From: Terriglobales bacterium
GTDB taxonomy: Bacteria; Acidobacteriota; Terriglobia; Terriglobales; Acidobacteriaceae
Direction: 5' to 3'
DNA length: 64,000 nucleotides
Assembly: GCA_035651835.1 (NCBI GenBank)
Contig: DASRFC010000065.1
Span: 11,736-75,735 of the forward strand
Shown here piece by piece: positions 53,056 to 62,386 of the stretch; positions within the stretch are counted from its first letter, which is position 1; every line of letters begins with the position of its first letter. The notes beneath the pieces are model-generated. The model was not told the DNA's origin. It saw only the letters and a list, made by a program, of their open reading frames with translations, and ran no database searches. Position numbers and translations under genes: made by a program.

Positions 53056-54924
53056 ATGCGCCGCAAAACACAAATCGTACTCGCGATCACGATCATGGTA
53101 ACCGCTCTCGTGGCAGCTTTCTCTTATATCTACGTGTCGCAATTGCTGCGCCAAAGAATTGGTACGTCTGGCGAAACTGCCTCGAATCTGAACTCACAAT
53201 TAGCTTTCATTGCAACCAACGCCGTTCCCGACTTAACCAGCACTCGCGTTGATACCAACAACCCAGCTGCTGTCCGTAGCGGTATTGCTTACTATCTCAG
53301 CACCGATCGCGATCTGAACAGCATGCTCGAATCTGTAGTGGCGGATTGGCCGACCATCTATGACGCTGCCATTGTTGACAACACTGGGAAGGTGATCCTG
53401 CACACCAATCCCGACCTCGTAGGGAAACAACTTCCAAACCGCCCGGGCTTTGGAATTTTGCGGGATGCCAGATTTCGCCGTCAGCTCCGGTTGATCTATA
53501 ACGCCCCGACGATCTACGAAGTCCGCATACCGCTGCAATTAAATGGCACTCCTTTCGGCAGCATCCGAGTTGGTGTATCGACTGTATTTCTGAAAAATGA
53601 ACTTACTCCCTGGCTGCATCACGTCGTCGTCCTTTCGGCAAGCGCTATCCTGATTTCATTAATTGTCGCGGCTGCTCTCTCGAACATTGCCCTGGGGCCT
53701 TTGGAACGTTTGAGTAAGAGCCTTGATAGCGTAACCGCCGGAGATGCAAGTTCCATCGACGAAGAAGAACCGGGTCACGATGAATATGGGCTGGTTTCCC
53801 TGAAAATCGCTCACCTCGGACGCCAGATGCGCGACGCCAGAGAGATTTTCTCTGCATTAAAAGACAACGTTGATCAAATCATGTCGAACCTGCAGGACGG
53901 CCTGATGCTGTTCACCCGAGATGCGCGCGTGGTTCTAGTAAGCGCATCGGTTGAGACTTTTTTGGGACGTCCAAGACGGGAGTTATTGGGCCGCACCGTA
54001 AAAGAGATATTCTCCCCGGAGTCTTCGCTCGGTTCCATCGTTCTGGATGCGTTTCGGCTTAGGCATACGGTCGAGCAAAAAGAGATCGACGCTCCCAACG
54101 GTAAAGGGGTTGAAGTTTCGCTTGATTTTATTCAGGAACGAGGAACGCAAATCGGCGCGCTATTAACTATGCGAGATACGGAATCAGCGCGCAAGATCGA
54201 GGACGAAATTGAAATGTCGCGGCGCATGTCTGCCAGCGGGCGACTGACACGCGGGGTGGCTCATGAGGTGAAGAATCCGATCAATGCCATCGTCCTACAT
54301 TTGCAATTGCTGCAAAGTAAATTGCAACAGATCGACCCAGACACCCGGCGTCACATGGATATTATTGACAGCGAAATTCATCGATTGGACCGCGTGGTAC
54401 AGATCCTGGTGGATTTCACGCGACCTCGCGACCTGCATCTTGAGGAAGTGGATTTCCGTTCCTTGCTGGAAGATGTTTTCTCACTGGCCGCGCCCGATGC
54501 GGAGCAACACGGTGTCAATATCACTCGCGACCTCACCACTGAATCCCTTATGGTCAGAGTAGACACGGATTTTATGAAACAAGCCATACTGAATGTCGTG
54601 CTCAACGGAGTCCAAGCAATGGCACAGGGGGGCAAGCTGACCATTTCCGCGCAGCGCGAGGAAGATACGGTAGTGACCGAGATTCGTGATGAAGGAGGCG
54701 GTATTCCAGCCGAAGTTCAGGATAAGATTTTTGAACTATACTTCACCACAAAGAAACAAGGCAGTGGGATCGGGTTGGCGCAAACTTACCAGATTATGCA
54801 GTGGCATTACGGATCGGTAGATTTTGAGTCTGTAGATGGCCGTGGCACTACATTCCGGCTGCGCCTGCCTTTGGTTGAGTCCAGGCGTGGTGCGCTGGCC
54901 GAATTAGCCGGCTCAAAAATTTAG
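53056..54924 (+). CDS. membrane sensor histidine kinase (periplasmic domain-TM-HAMP-PAS-HisKA-HATPase_c)
   Basis: 622 aa with two TM helices flanking a ~150-aa loop. The PAS-like region is LQDGLMLFTRDARVVLVSASVETFLG. It has the H-box GVAHEVKNPINAI, the N-box VVLNGVQAM, G1 DEGGGI and G2 GSGIGLA. Confidence 0.9.
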   Translation: MRRKTQIVLAITIMVTALVAAFSYIYVSQLLRQRIGTSGETASNLNSQLAFIATNAVPDLTSTRVDTNNPAAVRSGIAYYLSTDRDLNSMLESVVADWPTIYDAAIVDNTGKVILHTNPDLVGKQLPNRPGFGILRDARFRRQLRLIYNAPTIYEVRIPLQLNGTPFGSIRVGVSTVFLKNELTPWLHHVVVLSASAILISLIVAAALSNIALGPLERLSKSLDSVTAGDASSIDEEEPGHDEYGLVSLKIAHLGRQMRDAREIFSALKDNVDQIMSNLQDGLMLFTRDARVVLVSASVETFLGRPRRELLGRTVKEIFSPESSLGSIVLDAFRLRHTVEQKEIDAPNGKGVEVSLDFIQERGTQIGALLTMRDTESARKIEDEIEMSRRMSASGRLTRGVAHEVKNPINAIVLHLQLLQSKLQQIDPDTRRHMDIIDSEIHRLDRVVQILVDFTRPRDLHLEEVDFRSLLEDVFSLAAPDAEQHGVNITRDLTTESLMVRVDTDFMKQAILNVVLNGVQAMAQGGKLTISAQREEDTVVTEIRDEGGGIPAEVQDKIFELYFTTKKQGSGIGLAQTYQIMQWHYGSVDFESVDGRGTTFRLRLPLVESRRGALAELAGSKI

Positions 54925-54972
54925 TTTTTATTCGGACCGCGTCGCGTAATCGAAGTAGAATTCGCTTGATGT

Positions 54973-55656
54973 TTGAGCGGTCCGGTTAGGGATGTTGATT
55001 TAGGATTTAAATTGCAAGCGCCTCTCGTCATTATTCTCGGTATTTGTTGCCTGCTGGCGTCGAGGGCAAGTTTTGCGCTTGAAACGACGGGTCCAGGCCT
55101 TTGGCAAACCGTACAGGCGCCCACTAACTCGCAACCAACCGATCCAAAGGAAAATTCGTCAACTTCAGAAGCACAATCCGACAAGCCGTCACCTTCGTCA
55201 CCAGCACCAGTTCCAGTTCAAGTTCCAGACCAGGCCAAATCTTCTGAAAGCACATCGACGAAAAATGCGAAATCCAAGGAGCATTCCACAAAGAAGGCTG
55301 CTTCCAAAAAACGCGCGGTCGTAAAAAAAGGTGATACAGAAACCGAACCAAGTGCCGATAAGGTGGTGGTTCGAAATGGTGGGACGGGAGAACCGTCCGT
55401 CCAGCTTTCTCCGCGACTGAGCCAGGAACAGGCATCGCAGCAACGCAATACCACAGATAAATTGCTCGCTATTACTGACGCAAATTTAAAACAAATCTCG
55501 GGGCAACAGCTCAGTTCTACCCAGCAGGATTCAGTAACTCAAATTCGCAGCTATATGCAGCAAGCGAAAGCGGCGAACAGCGCCGGGGATTTAGAACGTG
55601 CGCACAATCTTGCTTTCAAGGCTCAGCTACTATCCAATGAGCTTGTAGGACACTGA
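54973..55656 (+). CDS. hypothetical exported Ser/Pro/Lys-rich protein
   Basis: 227-aa ORF with a TTG start that is uncertain. A hydrophobic segment PLVIILGICCLLASRASFA precedes a low-complexity SPAPVPVQVPDQAKSSESTSTKNAKSKEHSTKKAASKKR region and a helical C-terminus. Its stop overlaps the next start (TGATG). Confidence 0.4.
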   Translation: MSGPVRDVDLGFKLQAPLVIILGICCLLASRASFALETTGPGLWQTVQAPTNSQPTDPKENSSTSEAQSDKPSPSSPAPVPVQVPDQAKSSESTSTKNAKSKEHSTKKAASKKRAVVKKGDTETEPSADKVVVRNGGTGEPSVQLSPRLSQEQASQQRNTTDKLLAITDANLKQISGQQLSSTQQDSVTQIRSYMQQAKAANSAGDLERAHNLAFKAQLLSNELVGH

Positions 55657-56999
55657 TGTCCGGTGTCAGTGAAAAACAACTTCCGACCCCTGAGAGTGGC
55701 TCAGCAAACCCCAATATTTTGATCCCATCCCAGGCCCAGCCCTGGCACCATTCATTGTTTGTTATTGTACTGACCGCTCTGTTGTTGCGTCTTACGGTTG
55801 TCACCATAGGACACACGTATCGAATCACGCCACGCCGCGATCATTTTCAGTTTGGATGGGAAATGGGGCGGCTGGCGCGCTCCATCGCCACAGGCCATGG
55901 ATTTAGTTCCCCGACTGACCTGCCCAGTGGCCCTAGCGCCTGGGCTCCGCCACTGTACCCATACATTTTGGCGGCAAACTTCAAACTGTTCGGAGTATAT
56001 TCTGCAGCATCTGCTTGGGTGATTCTTGCATTCAATAGCATATTCGGAGCTTTGACCTGTTTAATTTTGTACAAAATCGGAGTGCGAATTTATGGGGCCT
56101 CTGTTGGACGGTTAGCCGCATGGACATGGGCCGTTTTCCCCTATGCGATTTATTGGCCAACGCGTGTGGTTTGGGAAACGAGCCTCAGCGCTTTTCTTTT
56201 GAGCCTCGCTCTGTTGCTCACTCTCCGTTTGGCCGATAACACTCCGACGCCAAGAGCGTGGATCGGTTTCGGCCTTCTCGGGGGAATAATCGCACTCACT
56301 AACACTGCCCTGTTGAGTATGCTGCCATTTTGCTTAATATGGATTCTCTATCGTCATCGATATCGCCCTCGACAGCTACTGGGCGCTGCCTTTTGCGTTC
56401 TAACGGCGGGCCTGGTGATTACTCCGTGGCTCGTTCGGAATTATGAAGTGTTCGGAAAATTTGTTTTCATTCGCGACAATCTTCCACTTGAAATGCATGA
56501 AGCCAATAATGATCAATCTGCTGGTCTATGGACGCGCAATGAACATCCAGGGAATGATCCCGAAGCAATGCGCAGATTTCAGGAACTGGGTGAGATTCGG
56601 TACATGGAAGAAAAGCATCAACAGGTACAACAGTTTGTTCGCGAAAACCCGAGGCGCTTCGCCTGGTTCACACTGGAACGAATTTGGTACTTCTGGGCTG
56701 CTCCACCGCAAGCGACCATAGTAGATGGCTATGATTTAATAATCGCACGCCATACGGAATTTCTACTGGCCGGAATACTCGCTTTTGCGGGATTATGGTT
56801 GACTATCCGTAATCGCAAACCAGGATGGTTTCTGCTCACCTGTTTTTTGATTGTTTATCCTCTTCCCTACTATTTAGTAAATCCATTTGTCCGCTATAAA
56901 CATCCCATCGAGCCTGTAATGATTCTGCTAATCGTTTACCTCTTCGTTGAAGCAAAGCAAATAAAAATTCACCTGCCGCTCCAAAAATCCACAGCTTGA
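55656..56999 (+). CDS. polytopic membrane glycosyltransferase, GT39/ArnT (PMT_2)-like
   Basis: 447 aa with about 10 TM helices. The N-terminal region (RLTVVTIGHTYRITPRRDHFQFGWEMGRLARSIATGHGFSSP ... YPYILAANFKLFG) is typical of ArnT-like family members as I recall them. Confidence 0.65.
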   Translation: MSGVSEKQLPTPESGSANPNILIPSQAQPWHHSLFVIVLTALLLRLTVVTIGHTYRITPRRDHFQFGWEMGRLARSIATGHGFSSPTDLPSGPSAWAPPLYPYILAANFKLFGVYSAASAWVILAFNSIFGALTCLILYKIGVRIYGASVGRLAAWTWAVFPYAIYWPTRVVWETSLSAFLLSLALLLTLRLADNTPTPRAWIGFGLLGGIIALTNTALLSMLPFCLIWILYRHRYRPRQLLGAAFCVLTAGLVITPWLVRNYEVFGKFVFIRDNLPLEMHEANNDQSAGLWTRNEHPGNDPEAMRRFQELGEIRYMEEKHQQVQQFVRENPRRFAWFTLERIWYFWAAPPQATIVDGYDLIIARHTEFLLAGILAFAGLWLTIRNRKPGWFLLTCFLIVYPLPYYLVNPFVRYKHPIEPVMILLIVYLFVEAKQIKIHLPLQKSTA

Positions 57000-57037
57000 T
57001 ATACGAGCGCGCCGTCTCTAATCCTGTAAAGTAAATT

Positions 57038-58291
57038 GTGCGCTCCATTCTGCAAAAACCAGGGCTGCGATACATCTTCATTGCCAACATGGTCTCCATG
57101 TTGGGAAGCGGTATGAACTCCGCAGCAGTTGCCTGGTACATCCTGCAAGCCACACATTCGAAAATGGCGCTCGGAGTTTTCGCCGTTGTGCAAACCATTC
57201 CAGCCGTCTTGATGCTGCCCTTCACTGGAGTCATTATCGACCGCGAAGACCGGCGGCGGTTGGTCATGATGCTCGATGCTTCGCGGGCCGTCGTAATCCT
57301 TATCGTTTCTCTTCTGGCTTTCGCGGGAAAAGCTACGGTTTGGGAGCTTTATCTAATGAACACGCTGGTGGCGGCTGGCTTCTGGATGTTCTGGCCTACG
57401 ATCACCGCATTGATTCAGGAACTGACTCCGGGCGAAGAGTTCATCCATGCCAACACCTTCCTGCTTGCAGGGGTGCAGGGAGGCTGGCTAATTGCAGGAT
57501 CGATTGTCGGATTTGTTTATAACAAAATCGGTCTCGGCGGCGTTCTGCTGATTGACTTCTCCACTTATGTTGTTTCGTTCCTTTGCTATTTCGCGGTACG
57601 CAAAGGACGCCACGTAGTCCCGCGTCCGCAGGAGTTGCGCACCGATATAGCGGCAGCTGAGACTTCAGTACAGCGATTCTGGCGTGAATTGCGGGAAGGC
57701 ATTCAATTTCTTCGTGGTAAACCCGCCGTAGTTCTGCTGGGAATTACATGGGCACTATTCCTGGGAGCAATGATGACCGGCGTGGTAGTGATCGCACCGT
57801 TGAGCGATCAGATTTTTCATGCCGGAGCAAAGGGTTATGGATGGCTGAATGCGGGATGGGGATTCGGCGCGCTATTGAGCGCCCTTTATGCGCCTCTCGC
57901 AATTGCGGGGTGGGGCGCACGGCGTGCGGTCGCTATCTCGATGGGTGTGATGACTATTTGTATGATTCTTTCGCCGCTGGCGCCCGTCTTAGCGCTCGCG
58001 GTAGCAACGTTCGGAATCATGGGATCAGCCCGCGGCTTGAGCAGTGTCGCAATAAACAGCAGCATTATGGAGCAGGTACCTCAACATTTCATGGGGCGAG
58101 TGCAAAACACCTTTTATTTTGCTGGTACCTTGCTGCAAATTGCCTTGGCATTTCTTGTCGGTGCCGTCGCGCAATTAAACCTCGTGGCGGGTTTCTCGGT
58201 AATCGGCCTGGTGTATGCCATCGCTTTTGCGACAGCAATTTGGCCAGCGAAAGTGGCGGCGACAGTGCGGGAAGTCGGGTCCATGGAATGA
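57038..58291 (+). CDS. MFS transporter (EntS/MFS_3-like)
   Basis: 417 aa with a GTG start and 12 predicted TM helices. It has GVIIDREDRRRL (MFS motif A-like, between TM2 and TM3). Confidence 0.8.
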   Translation: MRSILQKPGLRYIFIANMVSMLGSGMNSAAVAWYILQATHSKMALGVFAVVQTIPAVLMLPFTGVIIDREDRRRLVMMLDASRAVVILIVSLLAFAGKATVWELYLMNTLVAAGFWMFWPTITALIQELTPGEEFIHANTFLLAGVQGGWLIAGSIVGFVYNKIGLGGVLLIDFSTYVVSFLCYFAVRKGRHVVPRPQELRTDIAAAETSVQRFWRELREGIQFLRGKPAVVLLGITWALFLGAMMTGVVVIAPLSDQIFHAGAKGYGWLNAGWGFGALLSALYAPLAIAGWGARRAVAISMGVMTICMILSPLAPVLALAVATFGIMGSARGLSSVAINSSIMEQVPQHFMGRVQNTFYFAGTLLQIALAFLVGAVAQLNLVAGFSVIGLVYAIAFATAIWPAKVAATVREVGSME

Positions 58292-58367
58292 GACGGAGAT
58301 CTTGCTAAGCCTGACTTCTTCGTGTTCACCCTGTTATTCTTGTTGGTCTAATTTCCAGGAGATATGC

Positions 58368-59138
58368 ATGTCTTCAAGTCTCGCAGGTCGGGTTGCCGTT
58401 GTTTTTGGAGTAGCGAATAAGCGCAGTATTGCGTGGTCGATTGCGCAGGGACTGCACGATGCAGGAGCGAAACTCGTCGTGACATACCAGAATGAGAGAC
58501 TGGCGGCGGAAGCCAAAGATCTTATTCTCTCGCTACCTGGCGCCGAGGCTTACATGTGCGATGTCTCGAATGATTCCGAAATCGACCGGCTCTTCGGTCA
58601 ATTGAAGGAGCGGCACGGGAAGCTCCACGTAATCGTGCACAGTGTCGCCTTCGCCCCGGCAGACGAGTTGAAGAATGATTTCGTCAATACCACTCGCGAA
58701 GGTTTTCGCATCGCGCACGATGTAAGCGTGTATTCACTGATTGCAGTCTCGCGCGCCGCAGCTCCATTGATGGAAGATGGTGGAAGCATCATCACCATGA
58801 CGTACTACGGGGCGGAAAAAGTGGTCCCACATTACAACGTTATGGGTGTCGCCAAAGCGGCGCTTGAATGCACCGTACGTTATCTGGCTCAGGATCTCGG
58901 ACGGAAGAAAATCCGTGTGAACGCTATCTCTGCCGGTCCCATTAAAACTCTGGCGGCTCGCGGAGTATCTGGGTTAAGCGATATGTTAAAGTCCCACGCG
59001 GAACGCGCTCCATTGCAGCGGAACGTAGACGTAAAAGAAGTAGGCTCAACAGGAGTGTTCCTGGCCTCCGACGCCAGTTCAGGCATAACCGGCGAAGTGA
59101 TTTATGTCGATTGCGGATATAACATCATGGGATTTTAG
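58368..59138 (+). CDS. fabI: enoyl-[acyl-carrier-protein] reductase (NADH) FabI
   Basis: Track ORF 58215..59138, trimmed to the ATG at 58368, which is preceded by AGGAG. The motifs are GRVAVVFGVANKRSIAWSIA, HSVAFAP, the catalytic Tyr/Lys block YNVMGVAKAALE and NAISAGPIKTLAA. Confidence 0.93.
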   Translation: MSSSLAGRVAVVFGVANKRSIAWSIAQGLHDAGAKLVVTYQNERLAAEAKDLILSLPGAEAYMCDVSNDSEIDRLFGQLKERHGKLHVIVHSVAFAPADELKNDFVNTTREGFRIAHDVSVYSLIAVSRAAAPLMEDGGSIITMTYYGAEKVVPHYNVMGVAKAALECTVRYLAQDLGRKKIRVNAISAGPIKTLAARGVSGLSDMLKSHAERAPLQRNVDVKEVGSTGVFLASDASSGITGEVIYVDCGYNIMGF

Positions 59139-59162
59139 ATAATGCGGTATAGATCTCGAAAA

Positions 59163-59615
59163 TCAAGAGAAAACCTGTAACCGCACTTGCCGCTCGTCTT
59201 CTCCTATCCGCTCTAGTGCAATCTCTACATCGCGCTCTCGTTTAAATCTCTCAAACTTGTCTCCCCATTCAATTAACAAAATGCTGTTTGCGGCCATCAG
59301 ATCATCCAGCCCTAAAGTTTCAAGCTCGCGCTGGGTGTCAATCCGATAGAGATCAATGTGATAAACGTTCACTTCTGGTCCATGGTATTCGTGGATTAGA
59401 GTGAAAGTCGGGCTGGTTACGTCCTCTTCTGATGCGGCATGAAATGCCTCTGCAATCCCTTTGACCAATGTAGTTTTTCCCGCACCCAAATCACCGCGTA
59501 ACAGCACTAATTTAGGAGGCTGGAGTATCTCAGCGAGCGTGCGGCCAAGAGCAATGGTCTCATCCGATGAATGTGTGGTGAATTCTCGCGTGTCCATGCT
59601 GGTCGAAAATTGCAA
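59163..59615 (-). CDS. tsaE: tRNA threonylcarbamoyladenosine biosynthesis ATPase TsaE (YjeE)
   Basis: 150 aa. The motifs are LRGDLGAGKTTLVKGI (P-loop), SPTFTLIHEY and HIDLYRI. Confidence 0.88.
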   Translation of the reverse strand: MQFSTSMDTREFTTHSSDETIALGRTLAEILQPPKLVLLRGDLGAGKTTLVKGIAEAFHAASEEDVTSPTFTLIHEYHGPEVNVYHIDLYRIDTQRELETLGLDDLMAANSILLIEWGDKFERFKRERDVEIALERIGEDERQVRLQVFS

Positions 59616-59672
59616 GACCAGTATAGCCGGGTTGCACCGCCATTCAGATTGCTATCGTGAACGACGGTGAAG

Positions 59673-60065
59673 TCAGTGAGACTTGACGAGCGACCCAATC
59701 GCCGACCGAATTCCGAGAAAGCTTTGATCGGAAATCGAGTCCACAACTTTGCTCAATGCATGATGGTCGTTGTCATCCAGTGCAATAAAACGAAATGGCT
59801 GCAAAATTCCCTGCGACGTTTTACGGGGACTCAACATCTCGGCCATGCCTTGTACGGGTCCCGATTGCATTTGAAATGCAATCTCTACCAAGTCGCCCTG
59901 ATGTATAGCCTTCGCCATGTGTAAACAGCCGCCAGTAAGCGAAATGCTTTCCAGCTTTCCTTTAGCGCGTTGGCCATCTTCGAGTTTCACAAGGGCTGGA
60001 ATGGTGTTACCGAACTGAATTCGCGCGGCACGCCGTTGAGGATTTGGGTGGGGGAAGTGTGTCAT
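59673..60065 (-). CDS. PilZ-domain protein
   Basis: 130 aa. QRRAARIQF (RxxxR) is followed ~27 residues later by ESISLTGGCL (D/NxSxxG-like). Confidence 0.65.
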   Translation of the reverse strand: MTHFPHPNPQRRAARIQFGNTIPALVKLEDGQRAKGKLESISLTGGCLHMAKAIHQGDLVEIAFQMQSGPVQGMAEMLSPRKTSQGILQPFRFIALDDNDHHALSKVVDSISDQSFLGIRSAIGSLVKSH

Positions 60066-60171
60066 AAAGGAACTATCTCATCCACCCCGTTTCCCCGACG
60101 AGATTACGGAAGCAGCTGTCCGGATTCGGCTCTAAGTTACAATTAGCCACGTTACCCCACTTAAAATAACT

Positions 60172-61629
60172 ATGCGAAAATTTTCTGCCGCTTTGTTTTT
60201 CTTGCTCTTCCTGCTATCAGTCATCGTTTTCGGGCAATCAACAACTTCTAAACCTCCCACGGCTGCACCCAAGCGCCCTGCGGCCAAAGTCTGCGTGGAT
60301 TGCATCCGCGCTCACGAGGAGTTTCTCGCTTCTGATGCAATGCAGGGACGCGGCAGCGCCACTCACGACGAACTCGTTGCGGCAACGTACGTTGCCTCGC
60401 AGCTTCGGCAATACGGCATACAGCCTGCCGGAGACAATGGGGATTACATTCAAAGCGCTCCTACGCGCCGTCCTAAACTCACTTCGGCACCCGAAATTCA
60501 GATCGCTCCGGCAGGCGATAACTCTGGTCAACCGGCGACATGGACATACGGAAAAGATTTTTTGGTGCAGCACATCTCCGAACCAAAGTTTTCGGGACCA
60601 TTGGCGAGAGTTGACGCCGAGAATGATTTGAGCCAACTCAAATTTGCCCACGGTAGCGTCGTACTCGTTACTGGAACTGACAAAACCAAAATCAGAAGAG
60701 CTATTAAGAAGGTTGTCTTTGCTGGCGCAGCCGCTGTTTTGTATGGCGCATCGGACAGCAACCCTGAACAGTTTCAGCAGGCCAGCAAGCAACTTCCGGA
60801 ACTTTCGGTCAAACTCGCGGACCAAGCGCAAGACGAGATGGGCATCAACTACAACGTAATCAAACTCAGCGAACCGGCTTTACAGACGCTGCTAAAAATG
60901 CCGGAGGGTTCGAAAGTAAGTTTTGCGGCGCCTTCGCAAGACGAGAATGGCCACACTTGGAACGCAATCGGGATTTTGCGAGGCAGTGATCCTCTGCTGC
61001 AACACTCGGCTGTCCTGCTGTCGGCACATCTCGATCACTTGGGGGTTGGAACTCCAGTCAATGGTGACGGTATTTATAACGGGGCTGACGACGATGCTTC
61101 CGGTACAACCGCCGTACTGGAACTCGCGCGCGTTTTGGGCAAAGGTCCGCGTCCCAAGAGGACGGTCATCTTTGCATTGTTCGGAAGTGAGGAAGCCGGT
61201 GGTTTGGGATCGACCTATTTCCGCGAACATCCGCCGGTATCATTAAAAGACATAGCGGCAAATCTTGAATTCGAGATGATCGGCAGAGCTGATAAAGCGG
61301 TTAAATCCGACACAGTTTGGCTGACTGGGTGGGAGCGATCTAACTTAGGACCGACTCTGGCAAAGCACGGAGCAAATCTGGTCGGCGATCCGCATCCCGA
61401 TCAGAATTTTTTTGCGCGCTCCGATAATTACGTACTAGCCAAAAAAGGAGTAGTGGCCCAGACGGTTTCAAGCTATGGCCTTCATACCGACTATCATCAA
61501 CCCAGCGATGACATGGCGCATCTCGATTTCAAGCACATGGATGCGGCCATAGGGTCACTGCTGGGACCTGTCGAATGGTTGGTAAATTCCAGTTTCAAGC
61601 CAACGTGGAATAAAGGCGGACAACCTTAG
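60172..61629 (+). CDS. secreted M28-family aminopeptidase with PA-like insert
   Basis: 485 aa with a signal peptide. The zinc ligand blocks are LLSAHLDHLG, GADDDASGTTAVLELARVL, FALFGSEEAGGLGS and a late DYHQPSDD. Confidence 0.85.
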   Translation: MRKFSAALFFLLFLLSVIVFGQSTTSKPPTAAPKRPAAKVCVDCIRAHEEFLASDAMQGRGSATHDELVAATYVASQLRQYGIQPAGDNGDYIQSAPTRRPKLTSAPEIQIAPAGDNSGQPATWTYGKDFLVQHISEPKFSGPLARVDAENDLSQLKFAHGSVVLVTGTDKTKIRRAIKKVVFAGAAAVLYGASDSNPEQFQQASKQLPELSVKLADQAQDEMGINYNVIKLSEPALQTLLKMPEGSKVSFAAPSQDENGHTWNAIGILRGSDPLLQHSAVLLSAHLDHLGVGTPVNGDGIYNGADDDASGTTAVLELARVLGKGPRPKRTVIFALFGSEEAGGLGSTYFREHPPVSLKDIAANLEFEMIGRADKAVKSDTVWLTGWERSNLGPTLAKHGANLVGDPHPDQNFFARSDNYVLAKKGVVAQTVSSYGLHTDYHQPSDDMAHLDFKHMDAAIGSLLGPVEWLVNSSFKPTWNKGGQP

Positions 61630-61891
61630 CTTTCGCTCTTTTATTATAGCTATAAGGTAATTTATCGAAGGCGTGCGTTTTAACGAACGCAAACTCTCTC
61701 GACACCCTAAAGGGCCACGTCGAGGGTTGCCACGCACCAAACAGCCTAAGAACCGCAGCAATTGCTATTTCTGCAAAGGGTTCGATGCTCAGCATTTGCT
61801 TACTTAACACGTGGAGCCCAGAATCAACGACTTAGCTTGTAGCGAATCATTTCGGGAACATTGTGGAGGAGCAACCATTCACAGGACAGAG

Positions 61892-62326
61892 TCAATTCGC
61901 TTTTCTTGATTTGTTAATTCGCTCATCAATCGGCTTACGGCCGGCAAATCCTTCTTCTGTTCCGTGCCAGTGGGTAATTCCCTGCTCTCCCAGCTTCCAA
62001 CAGAGCAGCACGATCTGGCCATCTACCTCGCACGGAAAATCAAGCAGGCCAATATCCAGATCTTTCACTTGAACACCAGTGGCATTGATTTCAGCCACAG
62101 CATCTTTCACGCGTTGAATGGTCTTTTCACGTTCGGCTTTGCGGCGTGCCATTTGCACCACGTTTACAAACAAGCCACCACTGAGAAACACGCGATGAGC
62201 GAGTTCCTGAAACTCAGTATCCACAGCTTCGATTAATTTCTTGCCGTCGATCGCGGTCCGCAATAAAGATTCAAGAATGGGTAGAAGAGACTGCGCTTCT
62301 TCGAGAGTAAAAGTTCGATCAGACAT
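61892..62326 (-). CDS. DUF2203-family protein
   Basis: 144 aa. FTLEEAQSLLPILESLL ... GVQVKDLDIGLLDFPCEVDGQIVLLCWKLGE..ITHWH matches the DUF2203 pattern as I recall it. Confidence 0.65.
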   Translation of the reverse strand: MSDRTFTLEEAQSLLPILESLLRTAIDGKKLIEAVDTEFQELAHRVFLSGGLFVNVVQMARRKAEREKTIQRVKDAVAEINATGVQVKDLDIGLLDFPCEVDGQIVLLCWKLGEQGITHWHGTEEGFAGRKPIDERINKSRKAN

Positions 62327-62386
62327 AATGATATTGTTATTTTAAACCAGTTTCGAAATTTTTAAGTTTTTCCATCGGTACTCTCC

